Source: Bacilli bacterium
GTDB lineage: Bacteria > Bacillota_I > Bacilli_A > RF39 > UBA660
Direction of reading: 5' to 3'
Assembly (NCBI GenBank): GCA_017617435.1
Contig: JAFZWF010000010.1
Span: forward strand, 11,952-75,951
Length of the DNA stretch: 64,000 bases
Positions 34,764 through 43,604 of the stretch are shown piece after piece (the first letter of the stretch is position 1; every line of letters begins with the position of its first letter). The translations under genes and the position numbers were made by a program. The notes below the pieces were generated by a model. That model was not told the origin of the DNA. It worked only from the letters and a program-made list of their open reading frames with translations, and made no database searches.

Positions 34764-36374
34764 GTGATATTAAAAAAACCGTATGCTTTTTTAATTAGAC
34801 ATTTTAAATTAATTCATATTATTTTAGCACTTCCTTTAATATATATTGTTAGTAAAACAAGATTAGTTGTTAATTTCTTTAATGAGTATGTTGCAAATAG
34901 TTATCGTTTTCAAACCGGTAGTGATATAAGTAGTTTATATGTTAGTGGTTTAATGCTATTTTCAATAGTAGTTATTATACTAGCAGCTTTAACGATATAC
35001 TTTTTATTAAAATATAAAGAAAAACCAGTAAAAATGTACGTATTTATTATTATGTACTATGTGCTATTATTTGCAGTTTTATATTGGCTTTCAGGAATAA
35101 TATCATCTATGTCTTTAGATGTATTATCTGCAAAGGCAGCTAGGTCATATAGAGATATAGCCACTATTTTTTACTATCCACAGTATATTTTTGTTGGTTT
35201 TGTTATTTTAAGAGCCGTTGGTTTTAATATAAAACAATTCAATTTTGGTAGTGATTTAAAAGAACTTGAAATAACATCTGAAGATAATGAGGAAGTTGAA
35301 GTTGGTTTTGAAATTGATGGATACAAAACTAAACGTTTTTTTAGAAGATTTAAAAGAGAATTCGGTTATTATTTAATTGAAAATAAATTTATGGTAACGG
35401 TTGTTGTTATAATTTGCATCTTTTCAGGTATAATTGTTTACTATAAAACAAGAACAACTTATAATTCTACGTACACACAAACAGATTCATTTTCTCATCA
35501 AGGTTTTAGACTTAAAGTAAAGGATAGTATTATATCTAATATGAGCTATGATGGATCTAAACTTGATGATGGTAAATACTATTTAGCTATAAAAGTTAAT
35601 ATAAAAAATACAATGAATAAAAAATCTAAATTTAATTATTCAGAATTACTACTTCAAGTAGGAGATAAGAAACTAAAACCTATAATATCAAAAGCTAATT
35701 ACTTTATTGATTATGCTATTCCGTACAGTAATGACTTTATTAATCCTGAAGATGATAAAGATTATGTATTTGTATATGAAATAGATAAAAAAGATATAAA
35801 TAAGTCATTTAGCATAAAAGTTTTAAGTACATTTGAACTTAAAAAAGATAAATTGGTTACAAATTATGCAATTGTTAATTTATCACCTGTTGTTATAACT
35901 GATGTATCAGTTATAAGACAAGCAAAAATTAATGATAAAATTAATTTTAGTAACTCTAATATAGGTTCAACTATATTTACAGTTACTGATTATACTAAAG
36001 GCACAAGTTATATATATGATTATAAAATGTGTAAAAGTGAAAATAACTGTGATGAAGGAAAAGATATAGTATCTATTAATTATAATATTGCTAAGGGAAG
36101 TACCTCATTACTTGTTATTGGTTATGATTTGGATTTAGATAAAGATTCAGCATATGTTTCAAATTTAAAATCTGATAAATCTTTCTTTACAGATTTCTTT
36201 AAAGTAGGAGCAACCGTAAATGGTGCTTATAAAGAATTTGATGTTATAGATATAACACCAAAGAATTTAACTAATAAAAGAGTTTTGCAAGTTGATGGTG
36301 ATATTTTATCAACTGATCATATTGATTTAGATGTAATTATAAGAAATAGAAAATATGTTATAAATCTATCATAG
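34764..36374 (+). CDS. Polytopic membrane protein with extracytoplasmic DUF4352-like beta-sandwich region
   Basis: The track ORF starts at 34722. GTG 34764 (VILKKPYAF...) follows AAAGGAG. About five TM helices, then DDGKYYLAIKVNIKNTMNKKSKFNYSELLLQVGDKKLKP. Family call by eye only. Confidence 0.6.
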   Translation: MILKKPYAFLIRHFKLIHIILALPLIYIVSKTRLVVNFFNEYVANSYRFQTGSDISSLYVSGLMLFSIVVIILAALTIYFLLKYKEKPVKMYVFIIMYYVLLFAVLYWLSGIISSMSLDVLSAKAARSYRDIATIFYYPQYIFVGFVILRAVGFNIKQFNFGSDLKELEITSEDNEEVEVGFEIDGYKTKRFFRRFKREFGYYLIENKFMVTVVVIICIFSGIIVYYKTRTTYNSTYTQTDSFSHQGFRLKVKDSIISNMSYDGSKLDDGKYYLAIKVNIKNTMNKKSKFNYSELLLQVGDKKLKPIISKANYFIDYAIPYSNDFINPEDDKDYVFVYEIDKKDINKSFSIKVLSTFELKKDKLVTNYAIVNLSPVVITDVSVIRQAKINDKINFSNSNIGSTIFTVTDYTKGTSYIYDYKMCKSENNCDEGKDIVSINYNIAKGSTSLLVIGYDLDLDKDSAYVSNLKSDKSFFTDFFKVGATVNGAYKEFDVIDITPKNLTNKRVLQVDGDILSTDHIDLDVIIRNRKYVINLS

Positions 36375-36410
36375 TTTATTGACTTAAATAATAAATTATA
36401 ATAAAATAAG

Positions 36411-36442
36411 GTTGTTCTTTAAAAAAAGAACAACTTGTATTT
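36411..36442 (+). terminator. Hairpin, probable terminator of the preceding gene
   Basis: GTTGTTCTTT-AAAA-AAAGAACAAC followed by TTGTATTT (a weak T-run). It ends at the first base of tRNA-Cys. Confidence 0.45.
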
Positions 36443-36516
36443 GGGTCTATAGCCAAGTGGTAAGGCGTGGGACTGCAACTCCCTGATCGTTGGTTCAAAT
36501 CCGACTAGGCCCTCCA
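36443..36516 (+). tRNA. tRNA-Cys (anticodon GCA)
   Basis: Acceptor GGGTCTA/TAGGCCC, anticodon loop CTGCAAC, T-arm GTTGG-TTCAAAT-CCGAC, discriminator T (the Cys identity element U73), encoded CCA. Confidence 0.88.
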
Positions 36517-36526
36517 TATAAAAAAG

Positions 36527-36559
36527 AAAATATCAACCTTAATTAAGGTTGATATTTTT
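36527..36559 (+). terminator. Rho-independent terminator after tRNA-Cys
   Basis: AAATATCAACCTT-AATT-AAGGTTGATATTT with a T-run. Confidence 0.7.
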
Positions 36560-36599
36560 ACTTTCATAGAATAATATAGATTTAAAAGGAGTCATTAAT

Positions 36600-37235
36600 A
36601 TGGAAACAGAAGCAAGATTTTATTTTTCAAGTTCTAGTAAAGATAAGATAATTGATAAATTACGAACTATTAATGAACTTACGTTTGATGATAGATATTA
36701 TGAGAAAACAAAACAGTATAATCACCCAATGAAAGAGTACGATTTCTACAAAAAAGAAATAGACGGAAGATTCAGAGTAAGAACATCTAAAAGTAGTAAT
36801 AAATCAAAATGTATGATTACATGGAAGAGAAGATTAAATAGTAGTAACGATAAAATTCATAACGAAGAAGAAATAGAACTTCAAATTAATATTGATGAAT
36901 ATGATAATTTAGTATATCTTCTTGAAAACGTACTTCACTTAGAATTAGTAGAAAGTTATGAAAGGTATCGCACTGTTTTTTATAATGATGATGTTGAAAT
37001 AGTAGTTGATGAATTTCCGTTTGGAATAGCTTTAGAAATAGAAAATAAAAGTAAAACAAAAAATGGTACTGAAATAGTAACAGCCTGGATAAAGAAGATA
37101 GGTCTTAATATAAAAGATGCCTATGATTTATCATGGGATGATAAGTACTTAGAATTATGTAAAGAGCAAAATAAAAAAGTTGAAAACATAGTTACATTTG
37201 ATAAAGATATGCCACAAATAAAAGATGAATATTAA
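36600..37235 (+). CDS. CYTH-domain protein (class IV adenylyl cyclase / triphosphate tunnel metalloenzyme fold)
   Basis: N-terminal ExExK-type motif ETEARF. Then FRVRT, ITWKRR, EEEIELQI and VDEFPFGIALEIE, which are the charged tunnel residues typical of CYTH. AAAGGAG RBS. Confidence 0.7.
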   Translation: METEARFYFSSSSKDKIIDKLRTINELTFDDRYYEKTKQYNHPMKEYDFYKKEIDGRFRVRTSKSSNKSKCMITWKRRLNSSNDKIHNEEEIELQINIDEYDNLVYLLENVLHLELVESYERYRTVFYNDDVEIVVDEFPFGIALEIENKSKTKNGTEIVTAWIKKIGLNIKDAYDLSWDDKYLELCKEQNKKVENIVTFDKDMPQIKDEY

Positions 37236-37256
37236 AATAAAATAGGAGTGTTACAT

Positions 37257-37505
37257 ATGTTAGATGATATTATAAAAGAAACTCATGATAGTTTAAAATT
37301 AAACAAAATTAACGATAATTTATACTTAACTAATAAAGAAATAGAAGTTTTAGAAAGATACGATATAAATTATCATACGTCAATTGATGAACTTATGTTT
37401 AATTTAGAAGAAATATTAAATGAATCAAATGGTGAATATGAAGATTTAGAAGAAGTATCAAATAGTATTTCTGAATTTAATTATTATCATAATACTAATA
37501 AGTAA
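37257..37505 (+). CDS. Small highly acidic hypothetical protein
   Basis: The track ORF starts at GTG 37248, inside the RBS. ATG 37257 is 8 nt after AGGAG. 82 aa, Glu/Asp/Asn-rich. It starts 21 nt after the CYTH gene. Confidence 0.55.
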   Translation: MLDDIIKETHDSLKLNKINDNLYLTNKEIEVLERYDINYHTSIDELMFNLEEILNESNGEYEDLEEVSNSISEFNYYHNTNK

Positions 37506-37536
37506 AAAATAACTCATGATTTTGAGTTATTTTTTA
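37506..37536 (+). terminator. Rho-independent terminator
   Basis: AAATAACTCA-TGATT-TGAGTTATTT with a T-run. Confidence 0.7.
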
Positions 37537-37571
37537 ATTCAAATAATTTTCTTTTACATTTAAAATATGTA

Positions 37572-37580
37572 TGCTATAAT
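37572..37580 (+). promoter_or_regulatory. Extended -10 element TGCTATAAT (with TTTACA 16 nt upstream)
   Basis: tttaca-tttaaaatatgtatgc-tataat, with 34 nt between its 3' end and the ATG at 37615. Confidence 0.5.
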
Positions 37581-37614
37581 ATATTTCAACTAAATTTAGG
37601 GGAGATTTTGTTTA

Positions 37615-37911
37615 ATGAAAGAGATAAGCTTTAATAGTTTAATTAAAGTAAAACTAACTGACGATGGATTGTTAGTTTTAAAAAATTACTATAAAGTTAA
37701 ATACGGGGCTTTTTATAAAGCACATGGTAAAATTTTAGTTCCATCAGCTGATAAAGATGGCTATTATACATTTAGTATATATGAACTTATGTGTATTTTT
37801 GGAAATGATGCAAGAATGAACTATAATTTATTTGCATCAGATATTTTAGTAAATAATTTTGACGTACAAGATTATGATAAAAGACCTCCAAGAAAAAGAA
37901 GAAATCATTAG
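37615..37911 (+). CDS. Hypothetical protein with Arg-rich C-terminal tail
   Basis: 98-aa ORF with GGGGAG RBS. Ends ...DYDKRPPRKRRNH. Confidence 0.55.
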   Translation: MKEISFNSLIKVKLTDDGLLVLKNYYKVKYGAFYKAHGKILVPSADKDGYYTFSIYELMCIFGNDARMNYNLFASDILVNNFDVQDYDKRPPRKRRNH

Positions 37912-37926
37912 GAGATAAATTAAATA

Positions 37927-38649
37927 ATGGAAAAATATAACTCGGAAGAACTTATTTCAACACTTTTAATTGCTGGTTTTAATAAGGTCGATCAACTACT
38001 TATAACACTTGTAATTGATAAAATTAAAAAAGATGAAAAAATAAATAAAATATTATCATTTGATAATGATAATTTTTATTCAAATCAATTTAGTGAATAT
38101 GTTAGTTTTGAAGATTTTGTTTATTATATTAATGGTTCATCACCAAGAAATATAGCATATTATAATAAAGATAATAAAGAAGTATTAATAGGTGATTTAC
38201 TTTTAATAAATAAAACATTGCTTAACTATATTTTAGAAGATGGTTTAAAGGATGTTATTATAAAAAAAGCAAAATTAATTGGTATAGAAGATTTATCTAT
38301 TCATGTTGATTTGTTTAGTAATAAGGAAATTAATATTATAAAAGAAGAATATGGTAATGAAGTATTCGGTGATTTATATAATATTGATATGAAATTTAAA
38401 TATGATGATTTTAAAAATATATCTGATGAAGAATTAGTAAATATAATGAAAAATTATACTGGTTGTAACTATATTTATCATTATTTATTAACTGATCGTC
38501 AAAAGATTATAGCTAAAAATGCTATGAATAATAATGCTAAATCATATAATTTTGAAGACAATGAAGACATAATATTAAATAATATTAGAACAAGAGATAG
38601 AAATGAAAGTGCACTATTTAGTGTAATAGATGCTATTTCAAGACAATAG
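37927..38649 (+). CDS. Hypothetical protein
   Basis: 240-aa ORF with AGGAG RBS, 15 nt after the preceding gene. No family recognised. Confidence 0.6.
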   Translation: MEKYNSEELISTLLIAGFNKVDQLLITLVIDKIKKDEKINKILSFDNDNFYSNQFSEYVSFEDFVYYINGSSPRNIAYYNKDNKEVLIGDLLLINKTLLNYILEDGLKDVIIKKAKLIGIEDLSIHVDLFSNKEINIIKEEYGNEVFGDLYNIDMKFKYDDFKNISDEELVNIMKNYTGCNYIYHYLLTDRQKIIAKNAMNNNAKSYNFEDNEDIILNNIRTRDRNESALFSVIDAISRQ

Positions 38650-38666
38650 TTTAGGGGATATTTGAT

Positions 38667-39374
38667 ATGTACGAAATTAATGGTGTAACAATTACACAAG
38701 AATTAGAACAAAAAATATTTAATAATTATTTAGATGCTTCTTACTACTATTTTGACGGAAACATTGAAGATGTTGAAAATAACATAGAAGAAGTTGTAAG
38801 TGGTCATAAGGAAAAACTTATAAATACTTATATGCCTTATGTTAATGGTATTATAGTATCAAAAGATGATTTATTTAAAATTATAAGTGAATTTAAGAAT
38901 AAATATGTTATTGACTTTGAAATATATTTTCATGAAGTATTATCTGAAATGATTGAAAAACGTTATAATATTGATTCATATAATGATTTATTAAGCGTTA
39001 AAAATCGTTTTGGTGATTATAAATATTATAATGCTGAAAAATTAGAGTATCTTCAGGAAAAATATGGAAAAATAAAAGATAAAGATGTAAAGACTCAATA
39101 TAAGTGTGCTGTTAAGGAAGCTAATGATCGAAGAAAGTTAGAGTTGAGAGATGGAAATAATATTGCACCTAACTATTCTTTTGCGGACCACATTAGATTT
39201 AAATATTATTTGAATCTTTTTAAGAATCAATATTTTCTTGATAATCAATACGAATATTTAAAGGGCCGATATGAAAATGATGGATTTACTTTTATGAGTC
39301 GTATAGAATTTTTTGAATATAAAGTAACAGTTGATATGAGAAAAAATGATTATCAAAGAACTAGAAGAAGATAA
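38667..39374 (+). CDS. Hypothetical protein with Arg-rich C-terminal tail
   Basis: 235-aa ORF with AGGGGA RBS, 17 nt after the preceding gene. Ends ...KNDYQRTRRR. Confidence 0.6.
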   Translation: MYEINGVTITQELEQKIFNNYLDASYYYFDGNIEDVENNIEEVVSGHKEKLINTYMPYVNGIIVSKDDLFKIISEFKNKYVIDFEIYFHEVLSEMIEKRYNIDSYNDLLSVKNRFGDYKYYNAEKLEYLQEKYGKIKDKDVKTQYKCAVKEANDRRKLELRDGNNIAPNYSFADHIRFKYYLNLFKNQYFLDNQYEYLKGRYENDGFTFMSRIEFFEYKVTVDMRKNDYQRTRRR

Positions 39375-39414
39375 TAAAGAGAATAAAAAAAGTTGAACTA
39401 CGTATAATAATAAT

Positions 39415-39867
39415 ATGAAAAAGATATTAAATAAAAATATTGTTATTATTGGTTTAACTTTTTTTGTGCCTGGAATTATAGCTTTTCTTTGTAAAAATTC
39501 GTTTTCAATATATAAGTTGTTAGTTAGACCTAAAATAGCTCCTCCTGCAATAGTTTTTCCTATTGCGTGGAATATTTTATACTTACTTATGAGTATTGCA
39601 TATATTTTAGTTAAAAATAATGATGAATCCAATATGAAAATATATTATTTTCAACTAATTCTTAACGCATTATGGACACCACTATTCTTTGTTTTTAAAT
39701 GGTATTTATTTGCTGCATTAGAACTTGTATTTTTATTAATAATTGTTATATATATGACATATAAATTCTACATTGATGATAAAAAGACTCTTTACTTATT
39801 GCTTCCTTATACGCTTTGGGTAACTTTTGCTTTATATTTAAATTTATATATAAGCATATATAACTAA
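39415..39867 (+). CDS. tspO: TspO/MBR family tryptophan-rich sensory protein
   Basis: 150-aa five-helix membrane ORF. PPAIVFPIAWNILYLLMSIAY and LNALWTPLFF match the family pattern. There is no SD sequence, and a TATAAT (39403-39408) ends 6 nt before the ATG. Confidence 0.8.
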   Translation: MKKILNKNIVIIGLTFFVPGIIAFLCKNSFSIYKLLVRPKIAPPAIVFPIAWNILYLLMSIAYILVKNNDESNMKIYYFQLILNALWTPLFFVFKWYLFAALELVFLLIIVIYMTYKFYIDDKKTLYLLLPYTLWVTFALYLNLYISIYN

Positions 39868-39900
39868 TTTTTGCGTTGTAATAATATGTTAATTTATGTC

Positions 39901-39931
39901 GGAATAGCGTAATAAACTATTCCTTTTTTTT
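39901..39931 (+). terminator. Rho-independent terminator after tspO
   Basis: GGAATAG-N9-CTATTCC followed by T8. Confidence 0.7.
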
Positions 39932-39974
39932 ATCGTTTATGTTATTCTACATTTAGAAATTATTGGTGATTTTT

Positions 39975-40658
39975 ATGCTTGTATGGGGAAAAAATGTTTT
40001 TAATGAAATAGATTTAAAAAAAATTAGAAAAGTATATCTTGATAAAAGTTCTTTAAAGGATTATCAAGACTTTTTAGAAAATAATTCTATTCGCTATGAT
40101 ATTGTTGAAAAAAGAGTACTAGATGACATGGCAAAAAAGAACCATCAAGGTATTGTTGTAGATATTTATGAGTATGAATATAAAAATTTAGATGAATGTT
40201 TAAATGATGATTTTGTCGTTATTTTGGATCATCTAGAAGACCCTCATAATTTTGGCGCTATCATAAGGACTTGTGAATGCGCTGGAATAAAACATATCGT
40301 TATTCCTAAAGATAGATCTGTTAGAGTTAATGAAACAGTTATTAAAGTTTCTTCTGGAGCAATTAGTTATGTAGATATTATAATGGTTTCTAATTTAACA
40401 AATGCTATGAACAAATTAAAAGATAACGGTTTTTTCATATATGGAGCAGATATGGATGGAACTAGTTATTTAGATGCTGATTTTTCGGGGAAGAAAGTTT
40501 TGGTTATTGGTAATGAAGGAAAAGGTATAAGCCAAATAGTTTCACAGGGATGTGATGAAATTATATCTATACCTATGGAAGGAAACATAAATAGTTTAAA
40601 TGCATCAGTTTCAGCTGGAATACTAATTTATGGAATGAAAAGAAATGATGGAAAGTAA
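39975..40658 (+). CDS. rlmB: 23S rRNA (guanosine-2'-O-)-methyltransferase, SpoU/TrmH family (RlmB-type)
   Basis: SpoU motifs LDHLEDPHNFGAIIRT, VLVIGNEGKGIS and IPMEGNINSLNASVSAGILIY. The track ORF starts at TTG 39963; the first ATG is at 39975. It lies upstream of sigH, the usual Firmicutes arrangement. Confidence 0.85.
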   Translation: MLVWGKNVFNEIDLKKIRKVYLDKSSLKDYQDFLENNSIRYDIVEKRVLDDMAKKNHQGIVVDIYEYEYKNLDECLNDDFVVILDHLEDPHNFGAIIRTCECAGIKHIVIPKDRSVRVNETVIKVSSGAISYVDIIMVSNLTNAMNKLKDNGFFIYGADMDGTSYLDADFSGKKVLVIGNEGKGISQIVSQGCDEIISIPMEGNINSLNASVSAGILIYGMKRNDGK

Positions 40659-41265
40659 TTATTCAGATGAACAATTAATTGAACTTGTTCACGAAAATAA
40701 CGAAGAAGCAAAAAGCATGCTTTTTGATAGATATAAAGATAAAATAGATTTCTTAATAAAAAAGTATGTTATTGTTGCTAAAAATCTAGGTATTGATATT
40801 CCTGATTTAAATCAAGAAGCTCTTGTTGGCTTTACTGATGCTATTTTAAATTATGTTCCAGGGAAAGATGCTAGCGTTTCAACATTTATTTGCTTATGCG
40901 TTGAAAGAAAAATTAAAAAAGCATGTATAAAAGCTAGTACAACAAAACATCAAGCCATGAAAGATACTTTATCTTTAGAGTATTTTTATGATGATATTGA
41001 TGCATCACTTAAAGAATTAATAGAAGATTCAGAGTCTGATCCTTTAATAAAGATGGCTGAAGAAGAAGAGTATGAAGAATTATTAAAAACAATTAAAGAA
41101 AGTTTAACTCCTAGTGAAGATGAGGTATTTGAACTTTTAATAACTGGTTTAAATTATAGGGATATTGCTGAACTTCTTGATAAAGAAGTTAAGCAAATAG
41201 ATAATGCCCTTCAAAGAATTAAATTTAAAATTAAAAAAATATTAAATAATCGTGCAAATGAATAA
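40645..41265 (+). CDS. sigH: Sigma-70 family RNA polymerase sigma factor, SigH-like
   Basis: Region 2 (LFDRYKDKIDFLIKKY...QEALVGFTDAILNY) and region 4 HTH (LNYRDIAELLDKEVKQIDNALQRIKFKI). Position between rlmB and secE-nusG. Overlaps rlmB by 14 nt. Confidence 0.8.
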   Translation: MMESNYSDEQLIELVHENNEEAKSMLFDRYKDKIDFLIKKYVIVAKNLGIDIPDLNQEALVGFTDAILNYVPGKDASVSTFICLCVERKIKKACIKASTTKHQAMKDTLSLEYFYDDIDASLKELIEDSESDPLIKMAEEEEYEELLKTIKESLTPSEDEVFELLITGLNYRDIAELLDKEVKQIDNALQRIKFKIKKILNNRANE

Positions 41266-41270
41266 AAATG

Positions 41271-41299
41271 CTTGAAAATGCGATATTTTCTTGCTATTA
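41271..41299 (+). promoter_or_regulatory. Sigma-70-type promoter for secE-nusG
   Basis: TTGAAA, 17-nt spacer ending in TGC, then TATTAT. Confidence 0.5.
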
Positions 41300-41353
41300 T
41301 ATGTTTGAGCACGAAAGTGTTTTTTATTTGAAAAAAATTAATGAGGTGTTTTT

Positions 41354-41560
41354 GTGAAAAAAGAATCTAAAAAAAGCGCAAAAAAAAGTAATTACTTCAA
41401 AGAAGTAAAGAAAGAAATGTCTAAAGTTAAATGGCCTGAAAGAAAAGACGTAGTTAAGTATACTGTTGCTACAATTGTACTTGTAATTATTATTGTATGC
41501 TTCTTTATATTACTTACTATGGGTATGTCTGGTTTATTTAGACTATTTGGAAAGGCATAA
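41354..41560 (+). CDS. secE: Preprotein translocase subunit SecE
   Basis: 68-aa ORF with GTG start after GAGGTG. FKEVKKEMSKVKWPERKDVVKYTVATIVLVIIIVCFF is the classic single-TM SecE pattern. Immediately upstream of nusG. Confidence 0.88.
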   Translation: MKKESKKSAKKSNYFKEVKKEMSKVKWPERKDVVKYTVATIVLVIIIVCFFILLTMGMSGLFRLFGKA

Positions 41561-41565
41561 TATTT

Positions 41566-42102
41566 ATGGAAAAAGAATGGTATGTTGTTAACACTTATAG
41601 TGGACATGAAAGTAAAGTAAAAGAAAAACTTGAAATGCGTGCTGAATCAATGGGCATGCAAGACTATATTTTTAGAGTTATTGTACCTACTACTACTGAA
41701 GTAGAAGTAAAAGATGGTGTAAAAAAAGAAAAAACTAAAAAAATGTTTCCTGGTTATATTTTAGTTGAAATGATTATGACTGATGAAGCATGGCATTTAG
41801 TAAGAAATACGCCTGGTGTTACTGGTCTAATTGGATCAAGTGGACGTGGATCTAAACCAACACCACTTCTTCCTCAAGAAATTGATAGAGTTCTTGCTAA
41901 CATGGGTCTATCAAGACTTAATATTGAATCTGAAATTGCTGTTGGTGATGATGTATCTATTACTGATGGACCATTTAAAGGTATGCATGGTAAAGTTGAT
42001 TCTATTAACGCAGAAACAAATTGTTTATCTATATTAATTGATTTATTTGGTCAAGAAACTTCTGTTGAAGTTGAACTTTATCAAGTAAGTAAAAATAATT
42101 AA
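41566..42102 (+). CDS. nusG: Transcription termination/antitermination factor NusG
   Basis: NGN domain WYVVNTYSGHESKVKEKLE...FPGYILVEM. KOW motif GDDVSITDGPFKGMHGKVDSI. Confidence 0.95.
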   Translation: MEKEWYVVNTYSGHESKVKEKLEMRAESMGMQDYIFRVIVPTTTEVEVKDGVKKEKTKKMFPGYILVEMIMTDEAWHLVRNTPGVTGLIGSSGRGSKPTPLLPQEIDRVLANMGLSRLNIESEIAVGDDVSITDGPFKGMHGKVDSINAETNCLSILIDLFGQETSVEVELYQVSKNN

Positions 42103-42137
42103 AAAACACTCCTAAAAATTAGGAGTGTTTTTTTGTT
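42101..42137. terminator. Bidirectional terminator between nusG and the convergent ABC operon
   Basis: ACACTCCTA-AAAAT-TAGGAGTGT flanked by A6 and T7. It overlaps the stop of the minus-strand permease gene. Confidence 0.75.
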
Positions 42138-42874
42138 TTTCTTTCAAATATATTTATAAATAAATAGAGAATGTATGAAATAATCATAAGAATAATAATT
42201 CCACTTAAAACTAAAGTTAAATCAAAAACTTGTGTTCCATAAATAATTAAGTAACCTATACCTGCTTTACTAACTAAAAACTCTCCCATAATAACACCTA
42301 TTAATGTCATTGAAATATTTATTTTTAGACTATTTATAATTACGCTGTAAGCTGATGGAACAATCAAATATTTAAGTTTTTGAAATCTTGATGCATTTAA
42401 ACTATTTAAAAGTTTTAATAAATATTTATTTACATTAGTAAATCCGTTATATATTGATAATATATTTAATATTAATGTTATTGATAAGGCCATAATAATA
42501 ATACTGTTTTGGCTTGCTCCAAATATTATGATTATTAGTGGACCGATTGCAACTTTTGGCGTTGAATTTATAATTGTTAAAAATGGTTCAAATATATTAA
42601 ATAATATTGGTATTTCATAAAATATTATAGCAATTATAAAACTTATTAATATACTTAAACTAAATGCGATAATAGTTTCTTTTAAAGTTATTAATATATG
42701 ATTTACTAGATTGTTATTTTTATATAGATTAATAATACATTTTAGTATTTTGGATGGAGAAGAGAAGATAAATGTATTAATAACATTATATTTTGATAAA
42801 ATTTCCCATATAAATAGAAAAATGAATACTATTAATAACTGAACTATTTTTATAAAGATTTTATTTGTTTTCAA
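42119..42874 (-). CDS. ABC transporter permease (NitT/TauT/SsuC family)
   Basis: 251-aa six-TM ORF with the binding-protein-dependent permease layout. Overlaps the ATPase gene by 14 nt. Confidence 0.8.
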   Translation of the reverse strand: MKTNKIFIKIVQLLIVFIFLFIWEILSKYNVINTFIFSSPSKILKCIINLYKNNNLVNHILITLKETIIAFSLSILISFIIAIIFYEIPILFNIFEPFLTIINSTPKVAIGPLIIIIFGASQNSIIIMALSITLILNILSIYNGFTNVNKYLLKLLNSLNASRFQKLKYLIVPSAYSVIINSLKINISMTLIGVIMGEFLVSKAGIGYLIIYGTQVFDLTLVLSGIIILMIISYILYLFINIFERKTKKHS

Positions 42875-43604
42875 ACAAATCTAAATCCTTCCCTAATAAT
42901 TCATAATAATAAGTAAAATTTTTATCTTTTCTATTACTTATGGGATCTTTTTTATCATCTAAATTTATATCATATATATTTTTTATATGTGAAGGTTTAT
43001 TAGAAAGAACAATTACTTTATCAGCAAGACTGATTGCTTCTGATAAATCATGAGTTATGATAATAGCTGTTAAGTTATTTTCTTTTATAATACTATATAC
43101 GTCTTTTTCTATATTTAGTCTTGTTTGATAATCAAGTGCTGCAAATGGTTCATCAAGTAATAGTAATTCTGGATTTAACGATATAGTTCTTATTAACGCA
43201 ACTCTTTGTTTCATTCCACCAGATATTTTATCAGGATAGTCGTTATTATGTTCTTCAAGTTTATATTTTTTTAGTAAATGAGATATATCATTTTCTTTAT
43301 TTAGTTTTTTTATATTAGCTCCAATTAATGCATTCTTCTTTATACTTAACCAAGGAAATAGCGCTGGTTCTTGAAGCATATATCCAATGTTATTTTTGTC
43401 AAAATAATATTTTATATTTCCTTCATAATCATCATCAAGTCCACTAATAATATTAAGAAGTGTGGATTTACCGCATCCAGATGTTCCTATAATACAAATT
43501 ATTTCTCCCTTATTAATATTAAAACTTATGTTATCTAGTATATGTGAATCATTAAATGATTTTTTTAGGTTTTTGATTTCAATAATTTTATTGTTCATTT
43601 TCAA
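42861..43604 (-). CDS. ABC transporter ATP-binding protein (NitT/TauT/SsuB family)
   Basis: Walker A GTSGCGKST, signature ISGGMKQRVALIRT, Walker B LLLLDEPFAALD, H-loop ITHD. Confidence 0.9.
   Translation of the reverse strand: MKMNNKIIEIKNLKKSFNDSHILDNISFNINKGEIICIIGTSGCGKSTLLNIISGLDDDYEGNIKYYFDKNNIGYMLQEPALFPWLSIKKNALIGANIKKLNKENDISHLLKKYKLEEHNNDYPDKISGGMKQRVALIRTISLNPELLLLDEPFAALDYQTRLNIEKDVYSIIKENNLTAIIITHDLSEAISLADKVIVLSNKPSHIKNIYDINLDDKKDPISNRKDKNFTYYYELLGKDLDLFENK

Noticed and set aside
10499-34764. N-terminal extensions of track ORFs: 10499 vs 10427, 12737 vs 12704, 13370 vs 13352, 30088 vs 30145, 32549 vs 32513, 34722 vs 34764. The same applies to 6454, 37248, 50334 and 55979.
   Set aside because: In each case the extension begins at a non-ATG or un-SD'd codon. 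It overlaps a promoter, terminator or RBS element, and an internal start has a strong GGAGG/AGGTGA-type SD at 5-10 nt. Conserved family N-termini (DUF1846, PFOR, LigA) begin at the internal start.
36379-36402. A TTGACT / TATAAT pair upstream of tRNA-Cys as its promoter.
   Set aside because: The spacer is only 12 nt, far from the 16-18 nt optimum. The intervening hairpin looks like the terminator of the preceding gene, so the tRNA-Cys promoter remains unidentified.
39258-39632. 124-aa minus-strand ORF spanning the 38667 gene end, the intergenic region and the tspO start.
   Set aside because: It overlaps two better-supported plus-strand genes and a promoter region. The TspO motifs on the opposite strand are clear.
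17518-39960. Genomic islands integrated at the four tRNA genes. I looked for direct repeats of tRNA 3' halves downstream of tRNA-Thr, tRNA-Arg, tRNA-Thr and tRNA-Cys.
   Set aside because: I found no copy of the 3' acceptor/T-arm sequences (for example ggttcaaatccgactaggccc) in the following several kb, and no integrase. The orphan block after tRNA-Cys is therefore reported only as a low-certainty accessory candidate.
41266-41353. A missed rpmG (L33) gene between sigH and secE.
   Set aside because: The gap is only 88 nt. The single ATG-initiated frame is 17 codons with no SD and overlaps the predicted transcription start.
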